A stretch of 64,000 bases of DNA from Anthoceros angustus (GCA_010909165.1 MU008170.1:558001-622000); one strand, 5' to 3'; shown: positions 28,900 through 42,119, numbered from the stretch's first letter. Notes: generated from the letters alone by a model not told the origin. A program made the numbers and translations.

Positions 28900-29205
28900 A
28901 TAGCATCCTATAGGTAAATGAAATCCTTCCCACATATTCCACGCCCGTTTAATTTTGAGTATGTAATCAGTATAATCATAAATAATGGCCAATCACCATC
29001 CAAACTAGTGACGATAATCTTGTTCCTATAGTAGGCTCTTTTCACAAAACTTTTGTATATACGCCAAAATTGAGCCTCATCCATTCCTATCACCTCCATT
29101 GAATCAAACATTTATCCAATTTTGGTCACTAGGTGTAATCACTACATCTTAATCACTCTCCTAACAAGATTAATCACCTTTCATAAAGCCTCTCAATCCG
29201 CTTAT
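28900..29205 (-). pseudogene. Thymidine kinase fragment, copy 3 (indel-rich duplicate of copy 1)
   Basis: MFDSMEVIGMDEAQF with many short deletions relative to copy 1. Confidence 0.75.
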
Positions 29206-29239
29206 TCCAATAAAATTAGACACGACAAATTAGACATCA

Positions 29240-29652
29240 AATAAGCTTGGTAGATTGAGAGGCTTTATGAAGGTGGCTAATCTTGTTAAGAGAGTGATCA
29301 AGATGCGTGATGAAGCGTAGTGATCAAAAATTGGATCATGTTTGATTGATGAAAATGAAATGGATGAGGCTCAACGCAGTATATGGAAGAGTTTTGTGAA
29401 AAGGAGCCTAATGTAGGGAACAAGATTGTAATCGCTCGCGTGGATAGTGATTGCTTAGCCTAGCCATTCCAGCCATTACTTAGGATTATACCACTGGCCG
29501 ATACCGTACTCAAATTAGCACTGAATTGTGGAATATGTGAGAAAGATACCACATTAATCCATAGGATAGTTAAGGCGCTAGCAAGAATGTTCATATAAGG
29601 GAAGGAAATGGATATACCACTATACAAAATTCACTTTGTCAAGTTAGACTAG
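29240..29652 (+). pseudogene. Thymidine kinase fragment, copy 4 (reaches the TK C-terminus)
   Basis: PLLRIIPLADTVLKLALNCGICEK...MFI*GKEMDIPLYKIHF, with stop codons. Confidence 0.75.
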
Positions 29653-29859
29653 AATTTTTATCTAATCGCATGAGCTAATCCAACCTTTGGTTATGCTGCT
29701 ACGAAAGGATCTGTTTGTTTGGAGGTGGATGAGTGAATGCAAGTCGGTCTGGGAGGTGTTCAAAGAAGTTGGCGGCAATGTAGAAGGGTTCGGAAGCGTA
29801 GCGTGGACAACATTTGGCAAGGGTTTTCTTAGAGCACAAAGCAATCTTGAACAATCCGG

Positions 29860-30797
29860 GCAGGCGTCGCAGCCATGACAAGCAAGAAGAAGGGCGACAC
29901 TATAAGGGACAATGTAAAAGTGGGGAAGCAAACCAAGGCAGAATTATTGAAGAAGATCGAGGAACAAGAAGTAGAGCTCAAGCGGACAAGAGAAGCTAGG
30001 GGTCCGAAGTTGGAGCTGGTGTAGGACGCCTTACTTAATACGCATGGCTCACTGTTGCTGCCATCCATACTCGGGGTTTCACTAGTGAGCTCTAGTAAGG
30101 CACAAGCTGCAAAGGAGAGGCATCAGAGGGAAGAGGCTGCACGCCAAGCCAAGGAATCTGTGAGGGAACAATGGAAGACACCGTTCAAGCTTGCTGCCGG
30201 AACTTTTGATTCCAGATTGGTTCGGTAGAAGCGATTAGGGAGGAAGGCTAGAAGGAGCAAGGGGAGGAAGAGCAAGAGGGGGAAGGCAGACTCTAAGCCA
30301 AGGCAACTATAATCTGGGAGGAAAGGACAAAGGGCACCAAGAAATCGCAAATCCCAACAGCCCACTGCAAGCGCAACGAGAAATAAATTACAAACCCCAG
30401 CAACCCGGTGTAGGAGCAGCAAGGAGTTGTAGAATCAATGCAGATTGGAGCGAGGTTGGAGGCAAAGATACCCTCAAACCAAGAGCAGTAAGCTCGCATT
30501 GGTAAGGAAGGGAAGGAAGGGGGACAATTGCTAGCATGTTCCAACAAATTGCTACATTTTTTATCTTCCTTTGAGGAAGCTAGGTCGGACAGTGACGAGC
30601 TTGGATTGCACAGATTGTTGGTTGAAGAGCAGAAAGACAAGGTAAATGCGGGGGTGGATGTGGAGGACACTCAAGGAGAAGAGGAGGTGGAGCGGAACCA
30701 AGCAGTTACGAAACCGCCACAAATTGCCAGTTTTAGCCGCAGCCGCCACAAATTGCCAGTTTTAGCCGCAGTTACCAGAACGCAATCACCAATTTGA
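29860..30797 (+). pseudogene. Decayed unknown coiled-coil module, copy 1 (others at ~32410-33417, ~36470-37450, ~39380-40330)
   Basis: MTSKKKGDT...AELLKKIEEQEVELKRTREARG...KERHQREEAARQAKES; broken by stops or frameshifts in all four copies. Confidence 0.6.
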
Positions 30798-31031
30798 TCC
30801 CCCAGAAAAGGCGAGTAACTACAAGGCAAGGCAGAAGAGGTCATGTCGAGCTATGTTTTTTAAATAAGTTTATCTTGTTTTGCATGAGCATGACATAGGA
30901 GGTAAAAACATGTTTTATTAATGGAGCTCAAATTCATAACGTTAATCTACAAATATTATAAAACTATGTATAAAGAAAAAAACAAAGAGCCCACTGCACG
31001 TATGGGGCATGCCATGTTAAGAAGTTTCATA

Positions 31032-31829
31032 TTAATCACTTGAATACTCTTCATCAAAAAATTGTTTATCCCGGTGATCTTGTTTAGAATAATAATTTTG
31101 ATCTTCGTCAAAACCTGGAGTTGGAACGTTATTATTACGTGCTGGTAGAACTCATTTTGTTGTTTTTGAATTTTTGAAGTTTTTTCAGCAAATTATTATG
31201 CTCCTTGCAAGAAGTTTTATTGTGGAACTCCTTGCAGGCAGTAGTTTCCTGATTCACCTTGTATGACATGTGAGATTTTTGCATTTGAATATCAAAAATC
31301 TCTCGGCACTTATTATCCAATAGAATAGTTTGTGCCTCTAAAATTAATTGGAAAGCATTCGCAGCAGCTCCATCTTCTTTGTTCTTGTCAGGATGTAGCA
31401 ACAAAGCTAGGTTCTTGTACCTTTTTTTAATGGTATTTGCATCTGCAAGTGAGTCAACTTGAAGAAGCCTGCATTAGTTATACATGGGACTGTTGAACCC
31501 AAGGATAATTTATTTTGTTTTGCTGCAATTTCCACCTCCAAGATGGCGAGGAGGTAAGTAATATCATTCATTCCTTATTATTAGGAATAATTAGTGTATT
31601 AGTTCTACGTGCACTATTTACGTCTCACATGAAAGAGGGGAAACATGGACATGGACATGCCATGTGTTAACGACGAAACAAGGAAAGTGTTGTCTTCACC
31701 TAAAGAAATACTTGGGAAAAGTTTTTGTGCTTGAAGTAACAAGTTTTTTGCTCCTTCAAGATCATTTTCTATTCGTTTAATGTGAGCGCACTTCATTAAT
31801 TTATTAATTGCCATCTTTGTTTTGTCCAT
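31032..31829 (-). pseudogene. J-domain (DnaJ type III) gene, copy 1, disrupted
   Basis: Same two-exon layout as the intact copies; frameshift and stop at the NWYG motif. Confidence 0.8.
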
Positions 31830-33802
31830 CCTCGTCACTTTAATGATAAGGAGGAAGGCTACTTGACTTGAGCCTTTAAAGATGTGCAAAGCACAGAGAA
31901 GGCAAGAGAAGCTAGAGCAGCATAAATAGTATTCTCATTGGCCCTCACCTTTATATAGGACGTACATTGCCTAACTAATTTAGTAATTTTTTAAAATTAT
32001 TAAATATTTTTAATAAGATTACTTGGGACATAAGTAGCCAACCATATGTTGCGCAAATATAGCATCCATGTATGCATGAACTGGACTACAAGCATCGCAT
32101 GCATGTATGCATGTGGAGGGCAATGTCCCGTATGTACTCATGGCCAATGAGCCTCGAAGGGCGGAGTCCATATGTGCACGAAAGTGAGTTTAGTTGAGCA
32201 ACATTCTATGTTTGAAAACTTTTACGCAAATCTTAATATGGCGCATACAGAGCGTTGAGGTAATGCAAAATGAAAAAGTTAGAGGTATCCGTGGGGTGAT
32301 GAAGGCTAGGAAGAAACAAGGAGCAAAGTTTTTTTATGCCAAAGATTGTATGTAAGAAGGAGCTTGTGCAAAGTACCTACAAGATGAAGTGCTTTAAAAC
32401 CGAGACACGGCCGGGGTTTCAAGTCGCGAGTCGTTGAAGCGAGAACCAGCACGAGAGGGAGGAGGGTGGACAACATTCGGCAACGGTTTTCTTGGGTCAC
32501 AAAGCAATCTTGGACAATGTAAAAGTGGCGAGGCAAACAAGGAGCAAGAAGAAGGGCTACACGCTATGGGACAAGGTAAAAGTGGCGAGGCAAACAAGGG
32601 CAAAATTGTTGAAGAAGGTCGAGGAGCAAGAAGCAGAGCTTAAGCGGGCTAGAGAAGCTAGGGGTCCGGAGTTGGGTCGGCTGCAAGACGCCTTGGCAAG
32701 CTTCATACACATGGCTCACTGCTACTGCCACCCATACGCGGGGTTTCAGCAGTGAGCTCTCGCAAGGCACACACTGCAAAGGAGAGGCACCAGAGGGAAG
32801 AGGCTACACGCCGAGCCAAGGAATCTGTGAGGGAACAACGGAAGACACCATTTAAGCCTGCAACCGCAATTTTTGATTCCAAAACCGTTCGGTAGAAGCG
32901 GGTAGGGAGGAAGGCCAGAAGGAGCACAGGGAGGAAGAGCAAGAGGGGGAAGGCACACTCTCGGCTAAGGCAACTTCAATCTAGGAGGAGAGGACTCTTT
33001 AAAGAGCACCAAGAAATCGCAAATCCCGGAGCCCGATTACGCAGAAATTACAAACCCCAAAGAACCCGGTGTAGGAGCAAGGAGTTGTAGAATCAATGCA
33101 TTGGAGCGAGCTTGAGGCAAAGATACCCTCAAACCAAGAGCGAAGCTCGCATTGGTGAGGAAGGAAGGAAGGGACAATTGCTAGCATGTTCCAACAAATG
33201 CTGGACTTTTCATCTTCCCGTGAGGAAGGTGGGTCGGACAGGAGCCCGGATTGCAAATTATCGGTTGAAGAGCATAAAGACGAGGCAAACGCGGAGGTGG
33301 ATGTGGAGGACACTCAAAGGAGAAGAGGAGGTGGAGTGGAACCAAGCAGTCACGGAACCGCCACCCCTTGAATTGCCAGTTTCAGCGGCAGTTACCATAA
33401 CGCAACCACAAATTTGACCCCCCAAAGAAGGCGAGTAACTACGAGGCAAGGCAAAAGAGGTCACATCGAAATGCATTTTTGGAATGAGTGTATCTTGTTT
33501 TGCATGAGCATAACATAGGAGTTGTAGTGCCCCAGAAGTTTGAGTGTTTGTGTGGTGTGAGAGGTGCTTGCAAAGGCACATTTTCTAACATTATATGTAA
33601 GTGAAAACCGTATGATTTTTCTTCAAGTATAATGCATAGTTTTTCACACAAAACATGTTTTATTAATGTAGCTCAAATTCACGCGTTCATATAAAACTAT
33701 GTATAAAGAAAAAAACAAAGAGCTCACTGCACTCATGGGGCATGTCATGTTATGTTAAAGAAGTTTTATATTTATATGTGCATGTAGCATCTGGGTGGCC
33801 CT

Positions 33803-34592
33803 TTAATACTCTTCATCACAATATTGTTTGTCCCGGTACTCTTGTTTAGAATAATAATTTTGAACTTCGTCAAAACTTGGAGTTGGAACGTTATGATTAC
33901 GTCGTTGATAGAACTCATTTTGCTGTTTTTGAATTTTTTTAAGTTTTTTCAGCAAATTATTATGCTCCTTGCAAGAAGTTTTATTGTGGAACTGCTTGTA
34001 GGCAGTAGTTTCCTCATACGCCTTGTATGACATGCGAGATTTTTGGATTTGAGTATCAAAAATCTCTCGGCACCTTTTATCCAAAAGAATAGTTTGTGCT
34101 TCTAAAATTAGTTGGAAAGCATTCGCAGCTCCAACTTCTTTGTTCTTGTCAGGATGCAGCAGCAAAGCTAGTTTCTTGTACCTTTTTTTAATGGTATTCG
34201 CATCTGCAAGTGGGTCAACTTGAAGAAGCCCGTACCAGTTATACATGGGACCTGATGAACCCAAGGATAATTTATTTTGTTTTGCTGCAATTTCCACCTC
34301 CAAGATGGCGAGGAGGTAAGTAATATCGTTCATTCCTGATTATTAGGAACAATTAGTGTGTTTAGTTCTACGTGCACTATTTACGTCTCGCACGAAAGAG
34401 GGGAAACATGGACATGGACATGCCATGTATTAACGACAAAACAAGGAAAGTGTTGTCTTCACCTGAATAGATACTTGGGAAAAGTTTTTGTGCTTGAAGT
34501 AACAAGTTTTTTGCTCCCTCCAGATCATTTTCTATTCTTTTAGTGTGGGCGCACTTCATTAATTTATTAATCGCCATCTTTGTTTTGTCCAT
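33803..34592 (-). CDS. J-domain protein, copy 2, intact (exons 34592-34463 and 34335-33803; 220 aa)
   Basis: GT-AG phase-1 intron. NDLEGAKNLLLQAQKLFP plus WYGLLQVDPLADANTIKKRYKKLALLLHPDKNK match the N-terminus of plant J proteins of the DUF3444-associated type. TATA-like tatataaa ~140 bp upstream. Confidence 0.85.
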
Positions 34593-34930
34593 CCTCGTCA
34601 CTTTAATGATAAGGAGGAAGGCTACTTCACTTGAGCCTTTAATGATGTGCAAAGCACAGAGAAGGCAAGAGAAGCTAGAGCAGCATAAATAGTATTCTCT
34701 TGCAACTATTCACCATTGCCCTCACCTTTATATAGGACCTACATTGCCTAACTAATTTAGAAAGTTTTCTAAATTAGAAAATATTTTCCATAAGATTACT
34801 TGGAACATAAATAACCAACCATATGTTGCGCAAATATAGCATGCATCTATGCATGTGAAGGTAGGGAACTAGGCTACAAGCATAGCATGCATGTATGCAT
34901 ATGGGGCATGCCATGTTAAGAAGTTTCATA

Positions 34931-35729
34931 TTAATCACTTGAATACTCTTCATCAAAAAATTGTTTATCCCGGTGATCTTGTTTAGAATAATAATTTTGA
35001 TCTTCGTCAAAACCTGGAGTTGGAACGTTATTATTACGTCGTTGGTAGAACTCATTTTGTTGTTTTTGAATTTTTTGAAGTTTTTTCAGCAAATTATTAT
35101 GCTCCTTGCAAGAAGTTTTATTGTGGAACTCCTTGCAGGCAGTAGTTTCCTGATTCACCTTGTATGACATGTGAGATTTTTGCATTTGAATATCAAAAAT
35201 CTCTCGGCACCTTTATCCAATAGAATAGTTTGTGCCTCTAAAATTAATTGGAAAGCATTCGCAGCAGCTCCATCTTCTTTGTTCTTGTCAGGATGTAGCA
35301 ACAAAGCTAGGTTCTTGTACCTTTTTTTAATGGTATTTGCATCTGCAAGTGAGTCAACTTGAAGAAGCCCGTACTAGTTATACATGGGACCTGTTGAACC
35401 CAAGGATAATTTATTTTGTTTTGCTGCAATTTCCACCTCCAAGATGGCGAGGAGGTAAGTAATATCATTCATTCCTTATTATTAGGAATAATTAGTGTAT
35501 TAGTTCTACGTGCACTATTTACGTCTCACATGAAAGAGGGGAAACATGGACATGGACATGCCATGTGTTAACGACGAAACAAGGAAAGTGTTGTCTTCAC
35601 CTAAAGAAATACTTGGGAAAAGTTTTTGTGCTTGAAGTAACAAGTTTTTTGCTCCTTCAAGATCATTTTCTATTCGTTTAATGTGAGCGCACTTCATTAA
35701 TTTATTAATTGCCATCTTGTTTTGTCCAT
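34931..35729 (-). pseudogene. J-domain gene, copy 3, disrupted
   Basis: TGG>TAG at NWYG plus 1-nt deletions; nearly identical to copy 1. Confidence 0.8.
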
Positions 35730-36169
35730 CCTCGTCACTTTAATGATAAGGAGGAAGGCTACTTGACTTGAGCCTTTAATGATGTGCAAAGCAGAGAAGG
35801 CAAGAGAAGCTAGAGCAGCATAAATAGTATTCTCATTGGCCCTCACCTTTATATAGGACCTACATTGCCTAACTAATTTAGTAATTTTTAAAATTATTAA
35901 ATATTTTTAATAAGATTACTTGGGACATAAGTAGCCAACCATATGTTGCGCAAATATAGCATCCATGTATGCATGAACTGGACTACAAGCATAGCATGCA
36001 TGTATGCATGTGGAGGGCAACGTCCCATATGTGCTCATCTCCAATGAGCCTCGAAGGGCGGAGTCCATATGTGCGCATGGCCAATGAATGGGCCTACGCA
36101 CATGCACGTAGGTGGACACGCACAGACAGTGTTGTGACTTGATGAGTCATTGACAAGCCACGTCTAATT

Positions 36170-36452
36170 TTATTGGAATCAGCCCGACAGATTGAGAGGC
36201 TTTATGAAAGGTGGCCAATCTTGGTAGGAGAGTGAATGAGATGCAGTGATCAAAACTACGGTAACCAAAATTGAATCATAGGTATTCGACTCAGTGAAGG
36301 TGATAAGAATGGATGAGGCTCAATTTTTCGCGGATATACAAGAGTTTTGTGAAAGGAGCCTAATCTTGGGAACAAGATTGTGGTTGCTTTGGTTTGGATG
36401 GTGATTGCTTGGCCCAACCATTCAAGCCATTACTTACGATTATACCACTATT
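36170..36452 (+). pseudogene. Thymidine kinase fragment, copy 5
   Basis: MDEAQFFAD...LDGDCLAQPFKPLLTIIPL, truncated and joined to the coiled-coil module. Confidence 0.8.
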
Positions 36453-37847
36453 TCAAGTCATTCAAGCCATTATTTCAAGTCGCGAGTCGTTGAAGCGAGA
36501 ACCAAGACGAGAGGGAGGAGGTGGACAACATTCGCAACGGTTTTCTTGGGTCACAAAGCAATCTTGGACAATGTGGGAGGTGCCACGCCATGGCAAGAAG
36601 AAGGCGACACGCTATGGGACAAGGTAAAAGTGGGGAGGCAAACCAAGGCAAGGAGCAAGAAGCAGAGCTCAAGCGGGCAAGAGAAGCTAGGGGTCCGAAG
36701 TTGGGTCGACTGCAAGACGCCTTGCTTCATACACATGGCTCACTGCTGCTGCCACCCATACGCGGGGTTTCACCAATGAGCTCTCGCAAGGCATACGCTG
36801 CGAAGGAGAGGCACCAGAGGAAAGAGGCTGCACGCCGAGCCAAGGAATCTGCGAGGAAACAACGGAAGACACCATTTAAGCCTGCGACCACAATTTTTGA
36901 TTCCAGAACCTTTCGGTAGAAGCGGCTAGGGAGGAAGGCCAGAAGGAGCACGGGGAGGAAGAGCACGAGGGGGAGGGCACACTTTGAGCTAAGGCAACTT
37001 CACTCTAGGAGGAGAGGACATAGAGCACCAAGAAATCGCAAATCCCAGAGCTGCACGCCATCGAGTACAAACCAGAGCCGCAAGCTCGCATTGGTGAGGA
37101 AGTTGTAGAATCACAACGGATTGGAGCGAGCTTGAGGCAAAGATACTCTCAAACTAGGAGCGCAAGCTCGCATTGGTGAGGAAGAGAAGGAGGAGGGGAG
37201 AATTGCCGGCATGTTCCAACAAATTGCTGGACTTTTCATCTTCCCGTGAGGAAGTTGGGTCGACGATGAGGAGCCCTGGATTGTAAAAATTATCGGTTGA
37301 AGAGCATAAAAGGCGAGGCAACGCGGAGGTGGATGTGGAGGACACTCAAAGGAGAAGAGGAGGTGGAGCGGAACCAGGCAGTCACGGAACCGCCACCCCT
37401 TGAATCGCCAATTTCAACGGCAGTTACCATAACGCTATCACAAATTCGACCCCCCAAAGAAGGTGAGTAATTAGTGGACGCCCCCTATGAATAACAAGTT
37501 GCGGCCAAGTTTGTTTGCCACTCGCCTAAAGTTAGAGTAGGAGTTGTAGTGCCCCCGCAGAAGTTTGAGTGTTTGTGTGGTGTGAGATGTCTACTTGCAG
37601 AAGGCACATTTTTTGTACATTATACGTAAGTGAAAACCGTATGATTTTTCTTCAAGTGTAATGCATAGAAAAAATAATATTCATACAAAACATGTTTTAT
37701 TAATGTTGCTCAAATTACAACGTTGATCTACAAATATTATAAAAATATTTATAAAGAAAAAATCAAAGAGCTCACTTTGTAGTGATGGGGCATGTCATGT
37801 TAAAGAAGTTTTATATTTATATGTGCATGTAGCATCCGGGTGGCCCT

Positions 37848-38616
37848 TTAATACTCTTCATCACAATATTGTTTATCCCGGTACTCTTGTTTAGAATAAT
37901 AATTTTGATCTTCGTCAAAACTTGGAGTTGGAACGTTATGATTACGTCGTTGGTAGAACTCATTTTGCTGTTTTGAATTTTTTAAGTTTTTCAGCAAATT
38001 ATTATGCTCCTTGCAAGAAGTTTTATTGTGGAACTCCTTGCAGTAGTTCCCTCATGAGTGACATGCGAGATTTTTGGATTTGAGTATCAAAATCTCTCGG
38101 CACCTTTTATCCAAAAGAATAGTTTGTGCTTCTAAAATTAGTTGGAAAGCATTCGCAGCTCCATCTTCTTTGTTCTTGTCAGGATGTAGCAGCAAAGCTA
38201 GGTTCTTGTACCTTTTTTTAATGGTATTCGCATCTGCAAGTGGGTCAACTTGGAGAAGCCCGTACCAATTATACATGGGACCTGATGAACCCAAGGATAA
38301 TTTATTTTGTTTTGCTGCAATTTCCACCTCCAAGATGGCGAGGAGGTAAGTAATATCGTTCATTCCTGATTATTAGGAACAATTAGTGCGTTTAGTTCTA
38401 CGTGCACTATTTACGCCTCCGAAAGAGGGAAAACATGGACATGGACATGCCATGTATTAACGACAAAAACAAGGAAAGTGTTGTCTTCACGAATAGATAC
38501 TTGGGAAAAGTTTTGTGCTTGAAGTAACAAGTTTTTGCTCCTTCAAGATCATTTTCTATTCTTTTAGTGTGAGCGCACTTCATTAATTTATTAATCGCCA
38601 TCTTTGTTTTGTCCAT
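37848..38616 (-). pseudogene. J-domain gene, copy 4, frameshifted (possibly assembly errors)
   Basis: HPD-containing J domain is intact in ORF 38052..38363; several homopolymer deletions. Confidence 0.7.
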
Positions 38617-39077
38617 CCTCGTCACTTTAATGATAAGGAGGAAGGCTACTTCACTTGAGCCTTTAATGATGTGCAAAGCAGAAGGCAAGAGAAGCTAGAG
38701 CATAAATAGTATTCTCTTGCAACTATTCACCATTGCCCTCACCTTTATATAGGACCTACATTGCCTAACTAATTTAGAAAGTTTTTTAAATTAGAAAATA
38801 TTTTCCATAAGATTACTTGGAACATAAATAACCAACCATATGTTGCACCAATATAGCATGCATCTATGCATGTGAAGGTAGGGAACTAGGCTACAAGCAT
38901 AGCATGCATGTATGCATATGGAGGGCAACGTCCCATATGTGCTCATCTCCAATGAGCCTCGAAGGGCGGAGTCCATATGTGCGCATGGCCAATGAATGGG
39001 CCTACGCACATGCACGTAGGTGGACACGCACAGACAGTGTTGTGACTTGATGAGTCATTGACAAGCCACGTCTAATT

Positions 39078-39360
39078 TTATTGGAATCAGCCCGACAGAT
39101 TGAGAGGCTTTATGAAAGGTGGCCAATCTTGGTAGGAGAGTGAATGAGATGCAGTGATCAAAACTACGGTAACCAAAATTGAATCATAGGTATTCGACTC
39201 AGTGGAGGTGATAAGAATGGATGAGGCTCAATTTTTCGCGGATATACAAGAGTTTTGTGAAAAGGAGCCTAATCTTGGGAACAAGATTGTGGTTGCTGGT
39301 TTGGATGGTGATTGCTTGGCCCAACCATTCAAGCCATTACTTACGATTATACCACTATTT
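39078..39360 (+). pseudogene. Thymidine kinase fragment, copy 6
   Basis: VEVIRMDEAQFFADIQEFCEKEPNLGNKIVVAGLDGDCLAQPF. Confidence 0.85.
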
Positions 39361-40746
39361 CAAGTCATTCAAGCCATTATTTCAAGTCGCAAGTCGTTGA
39401 AGCGAGAACCAGCACGCGAAGGACCAGCGTGGACAACATTCGGCAACGGTTTTCTTGGGTCACAAAGCAATCTTGGACAATGTGGGGAGGTGCCACAGCC
39501 ATGGCAAGCAAGAAGAAGGGCGACACGCTATGGGACAAGGTAAAAGTGGGGAGGCAAACCAAGGCAAGGAGCAAGAAGCAGAGCTCAAGCGGGCAAGAGA
39601 AGCTAGGGGTCCGAAGTTGGGTCGACTGCAAGCCTTGCGCACATGGCTCACCGCTGCCACCCATACGCTGGGTTTCACCAATGAGCTCTCGCAAGGCATA
39701 CGCCAAGGAGAGGCACCAGAGGAAGAGGCTGCACGAGCCAAGGAATCTGCGAGGAAACAACGGAAGACACCATTTAAGCTGCGACCACAATTTTGATTCC
39801 AAACCTTCGGTAGAAGCGGCTAGGGAGGAAGGCCAGAAGGAGCACGGGGAGGAAGAGCACGAGGGGGAGGGCACACTTTGAGCTAAGGCAACTTCACTCT
39901 AGGAGGAGAGGACATAGAGCACCAAGAAATCGCAAATCCCAGCAGCCCAGTGCACGCGCATCGAGAAATTACAAACCCCAGCAACCCGGTGTAAGAGCAG
40001 CAGGAAGTTGTAGAATCACAACGGATTGGAGCGAGCTTGGACGCAAAGATACTCTCAAACTAGGAGCAGCAAGCTCGCATTGGTGAGGAAGAGAAGGACG
40101 GGGGAGAATTGCCGGCATGTTCCAACAAATTGCTGGACTTTTCATCTTCCTGTGAGGAAGTTGGGTCAGACAGTGAGGAGCCTGGATTGTAAAAAATTGT
40201 CAGTTGAAGAGCATAAAGACGAGGCAAATGCGGAAGTGGATGTGGAGGACACTCAAAGGAGAAGAGGAGGTGGAGCGGAACCAGGCAGTCACGGAACCGC
40301 CACCCCTTGAATCGCCAATTTCAGTGCTACTATAACGCTATCACAAAATTAACCCCAAAGAAGGTGAGTAATTAGTGGACGCCTATGAATAACAATGCAT
40401 GAAGTTTGTTTTGCCACTCGCCTAAAGTTAGAGTAGGAGTTGTAGTGCCCCCGCAGAAGTTTGAGTGTTTGTGTGGTGTGAGATGTCTACTTGCAGAAGG
40501 CACATTTTTTGTACATTATACGTAAGTGAAAACCGTATGATTTTTCTTCAAGTGTAATGCATAGAAAAAAATAATATTCATACAAAAACATGTTTTATTA
40601 ATGTTGCTCAAATTTACAACGTTGATCTACAAATATTATAAAAATATTTATAAAGAAAAAAAATCAAAGAGCTCACTGTAGTGATGGGGCATGTCATGTT
40701 AAAGAAGTTTTATATTTATATGTGCATGTAGCATCCGGGTGGCCCT

Positions 40747-41586
40747 TTAATACTCTTCATCACAATATTGTTTATCCCGGTACTCTTGTTTAGAATAATA
40801 ATTTTGATCTTCGTCAAAACTTGGAGTTGGAACGTTATGATTACGTCGTTGGTAGAACTCATTTTGCTGTTTTTGAATTTTTTGAATTTTTTTCAGCAAA
40901 TTATTATGCTCCTTGCAAGAAGTTTTATTGTGGAACTCCTTGCAGGCAGTAGTTTCCTCGTACGCCTTGTATGGCATGCGATATTTTTGGATTTGAGTAT
41001 CAAAAATCTCTCGGCAACTTTTATCCAAAAGAATAGTTTGTGCTTCTAAAATTAGTTTGAAAGCATTCGCAGCTCCATCTTCTTTGTTCTTGTCAGGATG
41101 TAGCAACAAAGCTAATTTCTTGTATCTTCTTTTAATGGTATTCGCATCTGCAAGTGGGTCAACTTGAAGAAGCCCGTACCAATTATACATGGGACTTGCT
41201 GAACCTAAGGATAATTTATTTTGTTTTGCTGCAATTTCCACCTCCAAGATGGCGAGAAGGTAAGTAATATCGTTCAATCCTAATTATTAGAAACAATTAG
41301 TGTGTTAGTTCTACACGTAGTACATACGTCTCGCAAGAAAATATAGGGAAAACATGGACATGCACATGGACATAGAAATAAACATAGATATGGACATAGA
41401 CATGCCATATGCTAACAAAGAAGCAAGAAAAGGAAAGGGCATGTTGTCTTCACCTGAAAAAACGCTTGGGAAAAGTTCTTGTGCTTGAAGTAAGAGGTGT
41501 TTTGCTCCTTCAAGATCATTTTCTTTTCGTTTATTTTGAGCGCGCTTCATCAATTTATCAATCGCCATCTTTATTTTGTCCATCAT
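40747..41586 (-). CDS. J-domain protein, copy 5, intact (exons 41586-41454 and 41279-40747)
   Basis: Open frame after splicing a GT-AG intron, with an HPD motif. Exon 1 and the upstream region diverge from copies 1-4. Confidence 0.85.
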
Positions 41587-42119
41587 CGTGACTTAAATGA
41601 TAAGCTATTCAGGCAAGACCGTGTCCCGAGCTAGAGAGGTCTTGGTAGCAAGGAAGACCGATACTCGGAAGAAATTTCTAGCTTAACGATAGGGGGTCAG
41701 GGACTTGGCCCTTTTCAGTCCAGCTGAAGGAGGATAGGCAATTAGTTTTAGATCTACTATATGAGAATATTTAAGCATATATAGCCTGTGTGGGAGCTTC
41801 TAGTTACCAAAGGCCAAGGATGGCAGATTTTAGCAATTCAGGAAAATAGGGTAGTAGCCTCGAGGACGAAGGACTTAGGGGAGTCCTTGGACTTTGGTGG
41901 CAGGAGTTAGGTGATCGAAGTACTGAGGACCAAGGCGAAAGTCTCCTTGGCCTATGCTAAATGCATAGATGTGTGCATGCATGCCATGGGCCAAGGAAGA
42001 AAACTTCCTTGAGCTTCGGGAAGGACAAGGGAGACTTTATTAACAAGAAGAGATGAGAAAACCTATCTACCCCAAACCGAGGGGAAACAACGCACTGAAG
42101 GGCCGAGAGCCAGGGAGGG

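Noticed and set aside
36136-36160. Hammerhead-like ttgatgagtcattgacaag
   Set aside because: Lacks the CUGANGA and GAAA core, and no flanking stems were found.
36360-40400. Many short indels in array copies read as true pseudogenisation
   Set aside because: The deletion-biased, often homopolymer pattern (also at 28840-29400) looks like unpolished long-read error, so gene status is uncertain without reads.
27804-41586. Endogenous giant-virus segment (TK and DnaJ both occur in NCLDVs)
   Set aside because: The J genes have a spliceosomal intron and a plant-type N-terminus, and no viral hallmark gene is visible. A TK phylogeny would be needed to revisit this.
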